From a virus (lineage: Duplodnaviria; Caudoviricetes), in the IMG/VR virus record IMGVR_UViG_3300028591_000020, positions 11,596 through 75,595 of that record: DNA of 64,000 nt, one strand, 5' to 3'. A program made the position numbers and the translations under genes. The notes below the pieces were generated by a model. The model searched no databases. It was not told the DNA's origin and was given only the letters and a program-made list of their open reading frames with translations. Every line of letters begins with the position of its first letter. The stretch's first letter is position 1. This document shows positions 11,157-20,897 of the stretch, in pieces.

Positions 11157-14100
11157 TTATTTAATTTTTATACCCTGTCCGTCTGGTGCTAAGCTATGCA
11201 GAAGGTTGTAGATGTCCTCTGCGAAGCTGGCATTCTTGCTGGTGTTCCTTGCTATCTGCTCCAGTTGTGCGAGCTGTGCGCGTGCAATGATAGGCATTTC
11301 TGACTGACCCTGCACGATTGCAAGCATCTGCAAAAGCGTAGCCCTGTTTACACTGACATCTGCACGGATAGCATTCAAGTAGGATGCAAGAAGGTCTGCA
11401 GTACTCTCAGTGATATTCTTGATACTCGATGAAGCAGAACTGCCGGAATCGTCTCTGATGGAATCTCCGTGACGGTTGGCAATCTGCTCAAGACCATCAA
11501 GGAATACGGTAGTGACACGTGCTGCCTCGTCGGCATCGGAATACATCTTGGCAAGGATTTCAAGACCGCGTTCGTCCATGCGTCCATCATTGGCCTCAAA
11601 ATACTTCATGAACTCATCCATGTTCTTTTGAAGGAGAGGTTCGAGGTACTTCTGAGCGATAATCTTGGTGCCTACCTCCTTGATCATTTCGCTGACCTTC
11701 TTCTTGTAGGCATCAACGGCATTCTCACCAGTAGACCAAGCTTCAACGAGGGCATCAGCCAGACCGGACGCCCAACTCTTATAGTCGATACCGTACAGGT
11801 CCTTGGCCATTTCCTCAGCAAAGTAGCGAATCTCAAGTTCGAGTTCCTTGATTTGCTGCTCCATGTCCTGTACCTTATCCCAATCGGTTTCCTTCTTATC
11901 CTTCTCAGATTCTATCTGACTGCGAAGTTCGTCCTGTTGCACCATGAGAGAAGCCTTTTGGGCATCGTAGTAGCTCTGACTCTTCTCGGCTTCCTTGATT
12001 GCCTTATATGTACGCTCCTGGATATAGCCGTTGCTGGTGGCACCAATAATATTCATAATGGTGTAGTTGCCAGTATTGAGTTCACGTCTGGCCCTCTCTC
12101 TTTCCTCGTATTTCTGACGATACTCAGCCATCTTGTCAGACGTTTCCTTGTCAGCCTTGGCAGTATAGATACCTCCCAAAGTATGCTCAAGAACGGTCTC
12201 GAGATTCTTTGTCAGATTCTCCATTTCCTTTTGTCTGCGCTTAGAGGCTTGGATTTCCTCTTCAAGTGCTTCGTCGTGACCGCCAAAGATGGCTTCTATA
12301 CCAGAGCTAATCAGACTTACACCTGCACCAATGGCAGCACCCCAAGGACCAGCTGCTTGACCAAATATAGCTGCTGCACCTGCTGCACCAGTGGCAGCAC
12401 CACCAAGTGCGCCCTGTACTGCGCCAAAAGCCTGACCAACACCCTTCATGCCAAGTTGGTCGAAGAGATTGATAACGGGGTCGAGTGCACCAGCAAGTGC
12501 ATCAAACTTTCCTCTCAATCCTTCAACACCCTTCACGAAGTCAGAGCCAGCGGCTTTCTTGCCATTCTTGATTTGACCTTTTGTAACAGTACTACCAAGC
12601 TTCACGCCAAGGATGGAAGACAATTCTTGATTGGCTATCAGGTCGCCTTGTTTATTGGCCTGCTTCTCGTAGCCATTGAGAATCCTCATGCGGCTCATGG
12701 CATCACTCATTGCCAAGAAGGGATTGCGGTTTGCCAGCTCTTCGCGCATCTTGGCAATGGCACTCTGCAAGGCTTTCACGTCCTCTACACTAAGCCCGGC
12801 TGTGTGTCCGAATCTCTCAGTTTCGGTCATCAAATCCCTCAGAGTCTCAGTAGTCACTCTGTCAAGGTCATCGAAAATCTTCACCCAATTCGTGTTGGCC
12901 TTGAACTGCTCAAACTGATAATGGGCAATCTTTTCGTTATGCTCCTGTGTGGCTCCTGCCTCTGCCTGCTGGCGAAGGGTGGGGTCATTGATTTTCTTGA
13001 TAAGTTCCAGCTGACGCTCGTAGCGACGGTTTTCATCCTCTATCTGCTGGGCAAGAGTGCGATTCTTTGTAACCGTCTCTTCCATCAGCTGTAGAGTTTC
13101 TTGCTTAATCTTCTTTTCGTTGGCAGCATAAGCCTCGTACAACTCAGAGAAAACCTTGCTATTCTCGCCAAACGTCTTAGCGAAGGTGTTCTTATCCATG
13201 GCGAAAACGTCCTCTGCTTTCAGGGCGCCTTGTGGATTGGCTGCAAGGGCTTCGCGCATCTGACGAATCAGTTCATCCTTATATGTTGCACTCTGCACAC
13301 CGCCACCAAAGGCAATAGTCATGGCTCCCTGCTGATTACCTGTCAGCTGATAGATTTTCTTATAGGTGTCGTACTGCTCAGAAAGCAAGCTCAACTGCGT
13401 TTTCAGGTCGCTGTTGATTCTGCTAATAGCGTCAGCATCAGCCTTACGCTGCTGTGATACCTTGTCAGCATCTACGGAACTGACAAACTTCTTTCTCGCC
13501 TCAGTATTGGCCTTGAATCCCTTGGTCAGCTCGTCGAGACTCTGGCTATAGTTGGTAACGTCACCAAGATTCCAGCCAAAGACATCGGCAAAGCCATTGG
13601 CTTTCAGATAGTCGGTTGCACCAGAGCCATACAGCTTACGGGCATTCTCCAACTCCGAATAGAACTTCTTATAGAGGTCAACACGATTCTTCAAAGACTC
13701 AAGAGCCTTATCCTTCTTGTTGCCACCACCTCCAGTAGTCTTTTTCTTATTGACATTCAGCCCAAGGTCTTTACCAGCCTGCACAATCTTGGCATCCTCT
13801 GCCTTATCGTTGTTATAGTCCTGTAAAACCTTGCTGACATAGCTACGCCACTCGGGGGCAAGTGGAGCAAGGCCGTTTTCTATATCCTTTGGAAGGCTGC
13901 TCAGGTCGAAGCCGAACTTGATAAGAATCTTACCGTTGCGCTCCATGGATTCCTGCATTTCCTTGTGTTTGTTTTGAAGTTCTTTCTCGACTTTCTCCAA
14001 GGAACTCTGGGCATCAACGGTAATCCTTATCTTGTTATTATCGAAATAATTCTTCAAATCCTGCTGCCAGGGAGCGAGGTCCTGCTCTTCCACTGATGGT

Positions 14101-17100
14101 AGAGCCTTGATCTTGATGACCATCGGCTCACTAAGCAGCTGGCTATATAACTTGTCACGGAAACGCTCTTTGGTCTCACCATCCAGCTCATAGCTATTCA
14201 GCACATCGTTGACGGAATCGCGGAACTTCATCAGACCCTCGTTATCCCATTCTGCTATGGTAGCCGGATTGAGACCCTGAGCTTTCAGGGTTTCGTTAAG
14301 AGCAATTTCAATATGGTCGGCATACTCCTGCATCTGAGTGTCAACCTCTGCCTCTTTGTTCTTAAGAGCATCAAGGGCATTGCTGTATTTCTTGATGGAC
14401 TCATAGACTTCATCATCAAAGTCTGTCTGTCTGCGAGCATTGAGGAAATTCTTAAAATTACCACGACCAGTATCTGTTAGCTTGTCATACAACGATTGCC
14501 AGTCAAGCGAAGCCATCTTTTCCTCGTTCCATGCTCCAATTTCCTTATAGAAAAGTTCGAGCTGTACCTTCATGGCTGCACCTAATCGGTCAACACCCTT
14601 CTTGGCAACATTCTTGGCGATATTGGCCTTACTCCAGTCGGCAAGGTCCTCAGCCATGTTGTCATTGAAGAGCTGGGTAAACCAGTTTCCTTTACCGCTC
14701 TGGTTGGCAGCTGCAATGTATGCCTGAACGTTGTCACGCATGATAAGATACTCGTTAGAGACACGCTCCAGCTCGCCAAAAAGGATGCGATATTTCTCTG
14801 TCAGACTATCAGTACCCTGAATCTGCTTGTCAATCTCTTCACTATAGTTGCCGCTATTCTTGAGGGCGTTGGTCATGCGCTCAATGGCACTCGTCATGTC
14901 CTCTGCATTCTTCGGACGTTCCTTGTTAAGGGAGTTATAGAGATTGTTGACGCTACTCAGATGCTCAAGCATGGAACCTGTTGCGTTACCTGCCAACTCA
15001 CTTGCACGCTTGGCCTGCTCTGAGGCACGCTCATAGAGTGCAACGATACCACCGATGGCAGCAAATGCTACACCAGTCCAGCCGCCCACAAAGCTAAGAG
15101 CACCTTTGCCCATTTTCGACCACATACTCTGACCACCTTGAAGCATATTCAGGGCATTCAGCTGTGTGGCATTGGCAATGGCTACACGCTGTTGACGTGT
15201 ATAACCCTTCATCTGCAGCAGACGGTAGAAATCGCTTTTCTCCATCTTGCCTGCTATCATGAGTTCGTAGGCTTTCCTCTCTGTTATCTGATTTTCGGCT
15301 GCAAGGATGGCATAGTCAGAGCTGACAAGTTTATTCTTGTTTTGTACGAGCTTCTGCTCTTCGGCATTCAGCTGTCTGCCATACCACAAACGTTCGCGCT
15401 CAAGGCGGTTTGCTTCCTGCAACTTGGCAAGCTCCATGTTCTTGATAGCCGTATTTCCACTGGCCTTATCAATGCTTGCACCAATACCAGAGGCCGCATA
15501 CTTACCAAGTCTGGCAAGGGCAATACCACTTAGCATCGGCATGAGAGTATCGGCTGCTGAAACAATGCTGACAATAAGCTCAAGGATATATTTGAGACCA
15601 CTACCCATCATGCTCTCACCATCGGCAATACGTCCTAACATAATCTGCCAGGAGTCCTGTAGCTTCTGGTACTTACCATACAGGGTATCGGCAAGTTTTG
15701 ACTGCATATCAAAGAACTGACCGCCCTCGTTGGTCATATCCCAAAGGACTTCCTGCACCATCTTGAACGGCACGGCACGCTTGGAGATAAGCTCAAAGAC
15801 CTCACCAGTAGTTACCATTCTTCCATTCAGATCGGAGAATTTCTCGGCAAGCTTCTGTACCATCGGAATACCTGCCTCTGTGAACTGACGCAATTCCTGA
15901 CCTCTCAGCACGGCAGCACTACGTACCTGACCGTAAGCCAATATCAGACGATTCATGTCAACACCAAGACCAGTAGAAATGTCTGCCAGTCGCTTGGTGG
16001 TGTCAAACAGTTCCTTGTATGGTATCTGATAAGCTGACAGCTGCTTGGTGTAAGCCGTCAACTCCATGAATGTTTTCGGTGACTCGATAGCCATATCCTG
16101 CAACTGAGCAAATAGGGTGTTGGCCTGCTCCACATCACCAAGGATATTCTGCAAGGCAATATGCTGGAACTCAAACTGACCGCCAATAGTGATGACACTC
16201 TTCAAGATGCGCTCTAAACCATAGAGTCCTGCGTAGGCTCCAATCTGATTCTGTAGCTGTACGGTGATTCTGTTGGCTTGGTTGCCTGCCTCTGCAATAC
16301 GATAGTAGGAAGAGGTAAGACCTTCATTGACGTGGGCCAACATACTGACAGCATCAGCAGCTTTTCTTGCAGCATTGGCACGCTGATTCTTGGCAGCGGC
16401 ATCGTCAAGTTCACGCTGTCTGCCTGCTGCAAGGGATTCGTTATATCTGCGCTGAATGGCATTCAGCTCTTCCGTAACCTTTTCCTTCGTCCATGTGGGC
16501 GTAGTGATACGTCCAGACATCAGCAAACCATTCTCGTAGCTGACGTTATGAATCAGAGCTTGTATCTCCTGAATCTTACGACCAAGGGCAGCATATTCCA
16601 CCGTCTGCTTGCGGATTCCTGCAATCTTCTGCTGACTGGCGGCATCGGCACTCAGCTTATTCAGGGCAGATTGCAGTTGTTTGTTGGCTTCCAGTCGGCT
16701 GTTGTAGTCGCTGGTGGCACTCGTCAGACCGTTCAACTCTGCCTTGACACGTCTCAGGAACTCTTCGTAGTCGGCACCGGAGGCACTTGCAGGCATGCCG
16801 CTACCATTGCGCTCAGCACGCTTCACGGCTGACATTCTCGCGGATATACTGTTGATGATGCTGACAGAGCCGGACGTGTCAGTACCAGGAGCCGCACCAA
16901 CAATGGCATCAGACAGTTGCTTGCGATAACGCTGCAGCTCATAATACTTGGCTTTGAGGTCATCAATACGTCTTGACTCGTTGGCAGCATTCTTGGCCTC
17001 GGCAGCTTCCTTGGCCTCGATGTTGTCAACATAGCGAAGGGTATCTTTGAGCATCAGCTCGATATTCAGACGGAGCTTGTCAAACTTGACCTCACCCTTG

Positions 17101-17423
17101 TTAAGAAGCCTGTCGGGGTCTTTGAACATTTCAGTAAACTGCTTGCGCACATTCTCAAGCTCGCTACTCATGTTCTTAAGACCTTTCCTCTCGTCTCTTG
17201 TGAGATTCGCACCTTTCAGCTCGGAGATACGTTTCTGAGCGATATATATCTTGTCATAGACGTTGGAAACGTCAACGATATTCTGATAGACATTCTTCAA
17301 CTCTGCTGCATCGTCACTGAGGGCATTTGCCAGCTTCTCAGAGTTACGCATCAGCTTCTCAAGAACACCCGAAATCTCGTCTCTTACACCCAGCTCAAAC
17401 CAAAGTTTATCTGCTGCTGCCAT
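11157..17423 (-). CDS. Tail tape measure protein
   Basis: 2088 aa, helical and Ala-rich; tape-measure domain (LILAYGQVRSAAVLRGQELRQFTEAGIP); follows the tail chaperones. Confidence 0.95.
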   Translation of the reverse strand: MAAADKLWFELGVRDEISGVLEKLMRNSEKLANALSDDAAELKNVYQNIVDVSNVYDKIYIAQKRISELKGANLTRDERKGLKNMSSELENVRKQFTEMFKDPDRLLNKGEVKFDKLRLNIELMLKDTLRYVDNIEAKEAAEAKNAANESRRIDDLKAKYYELQRYRKQLSDAIVGAAPGTDTSGSVSIINSISARMSAVKRAERNGSGMPASASGADYEEFLRRVKAELNGLTSATSDYNSRLEANKQLQSALNKLSADAASQQKIAGIRKQTVEYAALGRKIQEIQALIHNVSYENGLLMSGRITTPTWTKEKVTEELNAIQRRYNESLAAGRQRELDDAAAKNQRANAARKAADAVSMLAHVNEGLTSSYYRIAEAGNQANRITVQLQNQIGAYAGLYGLERILKSVITIGGQFEFQHIALQNILGDVEQANTLFAQLQDMAIESPKTFMELTAYTKQLSAYQIPYKELFDTTKRLADISTGLGVDMNRLILAYGQVRSAAVLRGQELRQFTEAGIPMVQKLAEKFSDLNGRMVTTGEVFELISKRAVPFKMVQEVLWDMTNEGGQFFDMQSKLADTLYGKYQKLQDSWQIMLGRIADGESMMGSGLKYILELIVSIVSAADTLMPMLSGIALARLGKYAASGIGASIDKASGNTAIKNMELAKLQEANRLERERLWYGRQLNAEEQKLVQNKNKLVSSDYAILAAENQITERKAYELMIAGKMEKSDFYRLLQMKGYTRQQRVAIANATQLNALNMLQGGQSMWSKMGKGALSFVGGWTGVAFAAIGGIVALYERASEQAKRASELAGNATGSMLEHLSSVNNLYNSLNKERPKNAEDMTSAIERMTNALKNSGNYSEEIDKQIQGTDSLTEKYRILFGELERVSNEYLIMRDNVQAYIAAANQSGKGNWFTQLFNDNMAEDLADWSKANIAKNVAKKGVDRLGAAMKVQLELFYKEIGAWNEEKMASLDWQSLYDKLTDTGRGNFKNFLNARRQTDFDDEVYESIKKYSNALDALKNKEAEVDTQMQEYADHIEIALNETLKAQGLNPATIAEWDNEGLMKFRDSVNDVLNSYELDGETKERFRDKLYSQLLSEPMVIKIKALPSVEEQDLAPWQQDLKNYFDNNKIRITVDAQSSLEKVEKELQNKHKEMQESMERNGKILIKFGFDLSSLPKDIENGLAPLAPEWRSYVSKVLQDYNNDKAEDAKIVQAGKDLGLNVNKKKTTGGGGNKKDKALESLKNRVDLYKKFYSELENARKLYGSGATDYLKANGFADVFGWNLGDVTNYSQSLDELTKGFKANTEARKKFVSSVDADKVSQQRKADADAISRINSDLKTQLSLLSEQYDTYKKIYQLTGNQQGAMTIAFGGGVQSATYKDELIRQMREALAANPQGALKAEDVFAMDKNTFAKTFGENSKVFSELYEAYAANEKKIKQETLQLMEETVTKNRTLAQQIEDENRRYERQLELIKKINDPTLRQQAEAGATQEHNEKIAHYQFEQFKANTNWVKIFDDLDRVTTETLRDLMTETERFGHTAGLSVEDVKALQSAIAKMREELANRNPFLAMSDAMSRMRILNGYEKQANKQGDLIANQELSSILGVKLGSTVTKGQIKNGKKAAGSDFVKGVEGLRGKFDALAGALDPVINLFDQLGMKGVGQAFGAVQGALGGAATGAAGAAAIFGQAAGPWGAAIGAGVSLISSGIEAIFGGHDEALEEEIQASKRRQKEMENLTKNLETVLEHTLGGIYTAKADKETSDKMAEYRQKYEERERARRELNTGNYTIMNIIGATSNGYIQERTYKAIKEAEKSQSYYDAQKASLMVQQDELRSQIESEKDKKETDWDKVQDMEQQIKELELEIRYFAEEMAKDLYGIDYKSWASGLADALVEAWSTGENAVDAYKKKVSEMIKEVGTKIIAQKYLEPLLQKNMDEFMKYFEANDGRMDERGLEILAKMYSDADEAARVTTVFLDGLEQIANRHGDSIRDDSGSSASSSIKNITESTADLLASYLNAIRADVSVNRATLLQMLAIVQGQSEMPIIARAQLAQLEQIARNTSKNASFAEDIYNLLHSLAPDGQGIKIK

Positions 17424-17467
17424 AGTTGTTATCCTGTTATATTGTTATGTGGCAAAAGCCACTATGA

Positions 17468-17719
17468 TTATTCTACTTTTCCTTCCATGAAGTCATTCAG
17501 AGAGAATGTCTTACCTGCGTAGGTCTGACCGTTGCGGTCTTTCTTCCATGCTTCTACCAAATTCTTCATTTCATCCTCTTCCTGCTTAGTGGCAATCATC
17601 GACTTCTTGCCTTTTTTATCCTTGTCTGAGCCATATTCTACGGTGGGCTGGTCCATAATCATCAAGTCTATCTGAGCCGATGTATAACCGAAACGCCATC
17701 CGTATTCCATGATACCCAT
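17468..17719 (-). CDS. Tail assembly chaperone C-terminal (gpT-like) part
   Basis: Frame is open back to the A10 run at 17880-17889 and is the -1 frame of the upstream ORF. Confidence 0.75.
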   Translation of the reverse strand: MGIMEYGWRFGYTSAQIDLMIMDQPTVEYGSDKDKKGKKSMIATKQEEDEMKNLVEAWKKDRNGQTYAGKTFSLNDFMEGKVE

Positions 17720-17751
17720 GAAGGGAGTAAACAGGAACGGGAGTTTTTCTG

Positions 17752-18222
17752 CTACGGAGTGATTTCCTCCCCACGACGTGCGACTTGGCCACGCTCGTGT
17801 CGAGCTGTCGTCATCATCGTGTCCATTGCCTCTATCATCAATACGGTAATCAGACCTAATGCGTCTGATCGCTCCTTGATTTTTTTTTTACTGGTTAAGA
17901 TGACTTCCATCTGGAATGCCGTGCAACGCTCGCGCTTCACATACCAGAGCCAACGCCAGTAAATCCAATAGCCCAGCCAACTCAATACCCATGTCAGGAA
18001 ACCACTCCTGCGGTCCAACTTGACGAGAGCAAACCATTTCACCAGACGCTTCTCAGCATGTTTCTCTTTCAGCATCAGGTGAGCTATACGGGCCTCGGTA
18101 TCTTTGTGAAGCCACCCAATAGTGGTTACACGACCATTGACCTCAATAGTCTCACTCTCATTTCTCGTTAGGTCACTCAATAGTTCCTGAACATCTATCT
18201 CTGGCTGTTTTACTTCTTCCAT
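17752..18222 (-). CDS. Tail assembly chaperone (gpG-like)
   Basis: Between major tail protein and TMP; contains the slippery A10 (S-K-K-K). Confidence 0.75.
   Translation of the reverse strand: MEEVKQPEIDVQELLSDLTRNESETIEVNGRVTTIGWLHKDTEARIAHLMLKEKHAEKRLVKWFALVKLDRRSGFLTWVLSWLGYWIYWRWLWYVKRERCTAFQMEVILTSKKKIKERSDALGLITVLMIEAMDTMMTTARHERGQVARRGEEITP
17880..17889 (-). other. Programmed -1 frameshift slippery site (A10)
   Basis: agt aaa aaa aaa atc; the -1 frame reads without a stop into 17719-17468. Confidence 0.75.
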
Positions 18223-18402
18223 TCTTTTATTTGCTTAGTAAATCCAAAAAGAAAGCAACTATCTGATAATCAGAGAGTTCTTATTTTCTTCTTTTATGGT
18301 TTTATCTTTTTTATGCCACTTTTTAAAAGAAAAGAGTGACGAAGCGGAATGCCCGCCCGCCACTCGGTTTCTTCACTACTCCCTGTCTTGGCAGGGCGTA
18401 GC

Positions 18403-18975
18403 TTAGTTGGTCTTCTTCTTCAAGAAGATAACGTCTGGGTTGGTGCCGTCAGTCTCAATAGAACCGTTGAAGTCAACAGCAATAACTCCCTTTGCGTCGC
18501 TGTCGAGAACGAGGCTGGCAAACAGAGCCGTGTTGTTGATAATCATGATGCGGTCCTTGGCACTGTTGACAATCATCCAAGTACCCTGAACCTTCTTGTT
18601 CTTGAGGATAAGGGCCAGACCCTCGTAGTCCACGTCGTCAACCTTACCAGTGATTGCACTAACAGCGTCCTCACCAAAGGCCAGCTTGAGGATGTCCCCA
18701 GAGATAGAGGGAACGCGGAAGCCAAGGTCGATGTCACCCGGCTCGGAGTCAGTGATCCATGCGCCAGAAAGACCGATAACCTTATACTCTTCCACTTCGG
18801 CCTCACCCTGCTCGAAATTCAGGGAGTCAACCTTACAGGGAACGTCCAGCTCGGGAGTGGCGGTGAAAGACTTTACACCTGTTTCCTGGTCAGTTGTGAT
18901 TTCCAGTATACCACTCTGATAGAGCAATGAGCTGGGGCCACTGAACTTGTCTGCTAATTGAGCTTTTGTCTTCAT
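18403..18975 (-). CDS. Major tail tube protein
   Basis: 190 aa, acidic and beta-rich, upstream of chaperones and TMP. Confidence 0.75.
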   Translation of the reverse strand: MKTKAQLADKFSGPSSLLYQSGILEITTDQETGVKSFTATPELDVPCKVDSLNFEQGEAEVEEYKVIGLSGAWITDSEPGDIDLGFRVPSISGDILKLAFGEDAVSAITGKVDDVDYEGLALILKNKKVQGTWMIVNSAKDRIMIINNTALFASLVLDSDAKGVIAVDFNGSIETDGTNPDVIFLKKKTN

Positions 18976-19006
18976 ATCAGTAAACTTTTAAAAGTGAATA
19001 AATTAT

Positions 19007-19426
19007 TTAAACCATCGTTGTCATCTTTGCCTGTATGCGCGTATAGTGGTAGCCGTGTCCGTCGCTCGATGCAGGAATGACCGTTCGAGGAAAGTCTATC
19101 TTGAACTGATTAGGCACGACGATAGGAAAAACCTCCATCAGTGCATTTCTCAGACGCTTCATGGCTGGCTGATTGAACTCCTTCGGATTACTTCGGGTTT
19201 TCCTGTCAGCAACGAATATCTCAAAGACAACGGTAATATCCAGCCACCAGTCATCAGCCTCGCCAAGAGTCTTGTTGACGGTAGAGTATGGAAGGGAAAC
19301 GACGATAAACTCAGTCAGCTTCTCGTCAGTGGCATTGGGACGCTCCTGCAGGAACGTCTTCGCGCACACCCTCTGCGCTTCCTTATCCATTGTCTCAAGT
19401 ATGTCCTCTGGAGTAATCATAATCAT
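19007..19426 (-). CDS. Tail completion/terminator-like protein
   Basis: Synteny; 139 aa. Confidence 0.55.
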   Translation of the reverse strand: MIMITPEDILETMDKEAQRVCAKTFLQERPNATDEKLTEFIVVSLPYSTVNKTLGEADDWWLDITVVFEIFVADRKTRSNPKEFNQPAMKRLRNALMEVFPIVVPNQFKIDFPRTVIPASSDGHGYHYTRIQAKMTTMV

Positions 19427-19983
19427 GCAAACCTAAACTCTCTGATGTCACCACCACGACCTTCAATGTCATCGGCTATCTGTAAAAGAACCTTATTGCC
19501 GCCTACCATCTTGGCATAATCGACAACGGTAACCACTCTATACGCTAACGATTCCTGACCCTTCTTTACCCTTGGAGCGTATCTGCTCAGCCACCTCACC
19601 ACTTCTGCATCAGCTAAGATGTGACGCATACCTTCGGGTGCCTTGAAGGTGTGTTCCTGGGTGCTTCCGTCATAACGCTGACGGCCCTTGAGAAACTTGT
19701 CACCTTCTGCAAGCGTCAACTGAATGGGTGATTCCCCTTCAATATCGTTGCTGGTAGCACAGCCCACAAACCTGCCATTCCTGTATAAGGCAATGCCAAA
19801 TGAGTTGATGTAGTTACCCGTCATGTCAGACATTTTCAGCTCTTCCATTGTTTCACGGGCAAAGTCATGTATCTCAGACATGACCGATGGCAACGCTCTC
19901 AGCATTTCACGCTGTGCCTTGTTGTAGGCATTCTTGCGGAGATTATCATAGACTTGCTTGATACTGCTTCTGCGTACTGCCAT
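19423..19983 (-). CDS. Neck/tail-completion protein
   Basis: Synteny; DMTGNYINSF motif typical of neck proteins. Confidence 0.55.
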   Translation of the reverse strand: MAVRRSSIKQVYDNLRKNAYNKAQREMLRALPSVMSEIHDFARETMEELKMSDMTGNYINSFGIALYRNGRFVGCATSNDIEGESPIQLTLAEGDKFLKGRQRYDGSTQEHTFKAPEGMRHILADAEVVRWLSRYAPRVKKGQESLAYRVVTVVDYAKMVGGNKVLLQIADDIEGRGGDIREFRFA

Positions 19984-19988
19984 AAACG

Positions 19989-20345
19989 CTACTCCATATT
20001 GGCATTTCGGTTCATTTCTCCATAAATTACACTACGGTTGTTGTCCGGCTCGAAGTCTTTGACTTCCCATTCCTCGGTGATATTACCTTTTACCACTATC
20101 AGAACGTCACCAGACATTGGTATCAGGCCGTTCCACTCGTCAAAGCGAACTGGAATGCTGGCCTTGCGCTTGTTGCTGTCAACTTTAGCGTCTCCCGTTG
20201 TCGTGGTGTCTGTATAGCTGCGGCCTATACCCTCATAGACAATCTGCTCACCAAGCCCTCCCTCGGAGTACCTGTCTGGCATTTCACGTCTCACTATCTT
20301 GATAGAGTGAGGGTATCGCGGATTACTGACCTTAATCTTCCTCAT
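19989..20345 (-). CDS. Head closure (stopper) protein
   Basis: Synteny; 118 aa, beta-rich. Confidence 0.55.
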   Translation of the reverse strand: MRKIKVSNPRYPHSIKIVRREMPDRYSEGGLGEQIVYEGIGRSYTDTTTTGDAKVDSNKRKASIPVRFDEWNGLIPMSGDVLIVVKGNITEEWEVKDFEPDNNRSVIYGEMNRNANME

Positions 20346-20842
20346 AGTGCAACTTCATGTGGAAGCGGAATACCAGCCTCATTGTAGTCACAGGGCTGAA
20401 TCCCAAAGCTGCTTACATTTACCTCAACAGAGTCATCGTAGTCAAACTCTTCGTCATACTTTTCGTAGATAGACTTGGCGTAAGCAAGCATGCGGTCTTT
20501 ATCTTCATCCGTCAACTGATAGCCGCCCTCGGAATGGCTCCAACCGTTATCAGAGTCAGAAGTGGAGTTGACCTTTGTAGGACCCATACAAATCCATACG
20601 TAAAGGTCGGCCTTCAGAAGTTCCTTCGTACGCTTCGGCTCGATGACGTTTTCATCATCAGCTACAGCGTCCGGAGCGTCAGCTTCGGGCTTAGGGAATA
20701 GTTCATCAAACGTCTTGTCTGGGTCTATCCCTCGTTCGTCGCAGATGTGTTCTGCTGTTTCGTCAGATATTTGGAAATTCACACAGCCAAAAACATAGTC
20801 TCTGACTGTTCTGACCTTCTTCTCTCCACTTTCGTTATCCAT
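20342..20842 (-). CDS. Head-tail adaptor protein
   Basis: First gene after the MCP; ELLKADLYVW motif. Confidence 0.6.
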   Translation of the reverse strand: MDNESGEKKVRTVRDYVFGCVNFQISDETAEHICDERGIDPDKTFDELFPKPEADAPDAVADDENVIEPKRTKELLKADLYVWICMGPTKVNSTSDSDNGWSHSEGGYQLTDEDKDRMLAYAKSIYEKYDEEFDYDDSVEVNVSSFGIQPCDYNEAGIPLPHEVAL

Positions 20843-20859
20843 ACGGGCAAATATTAGAG

Positions 20860-20896
20860 AAGGTGCGGCAGGCTGTTGCCAACCTGCCTACACCTT
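20860..20896 (-). terminator. Hairpin after the major capsid gene
   Basis: AAGGTG-CGGCAGG...CCTGCC-TACACCTT interrupted stem; weak U tract. Confidence 0.4.
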
Positions 20897-20897
20897 A

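Noticed and set aside
11469-13094. 541-aa + strand ORF and similar long antisense ORFs (e.g. 6119-6961, 25643-27145, 63416-63979)
   Set aside because: Shadow frames opposite well-supported genes, with no recognisable motifs or leaders.
18305-18322. Near match between the tRNA-like B insert (AAAGTGCCATAAAAAA) and the tail operon intergenic sequence
   Set aside because: Short, A-rich, one mismatch, and the same sense as the late mRNA rather than antisense; likely chance.
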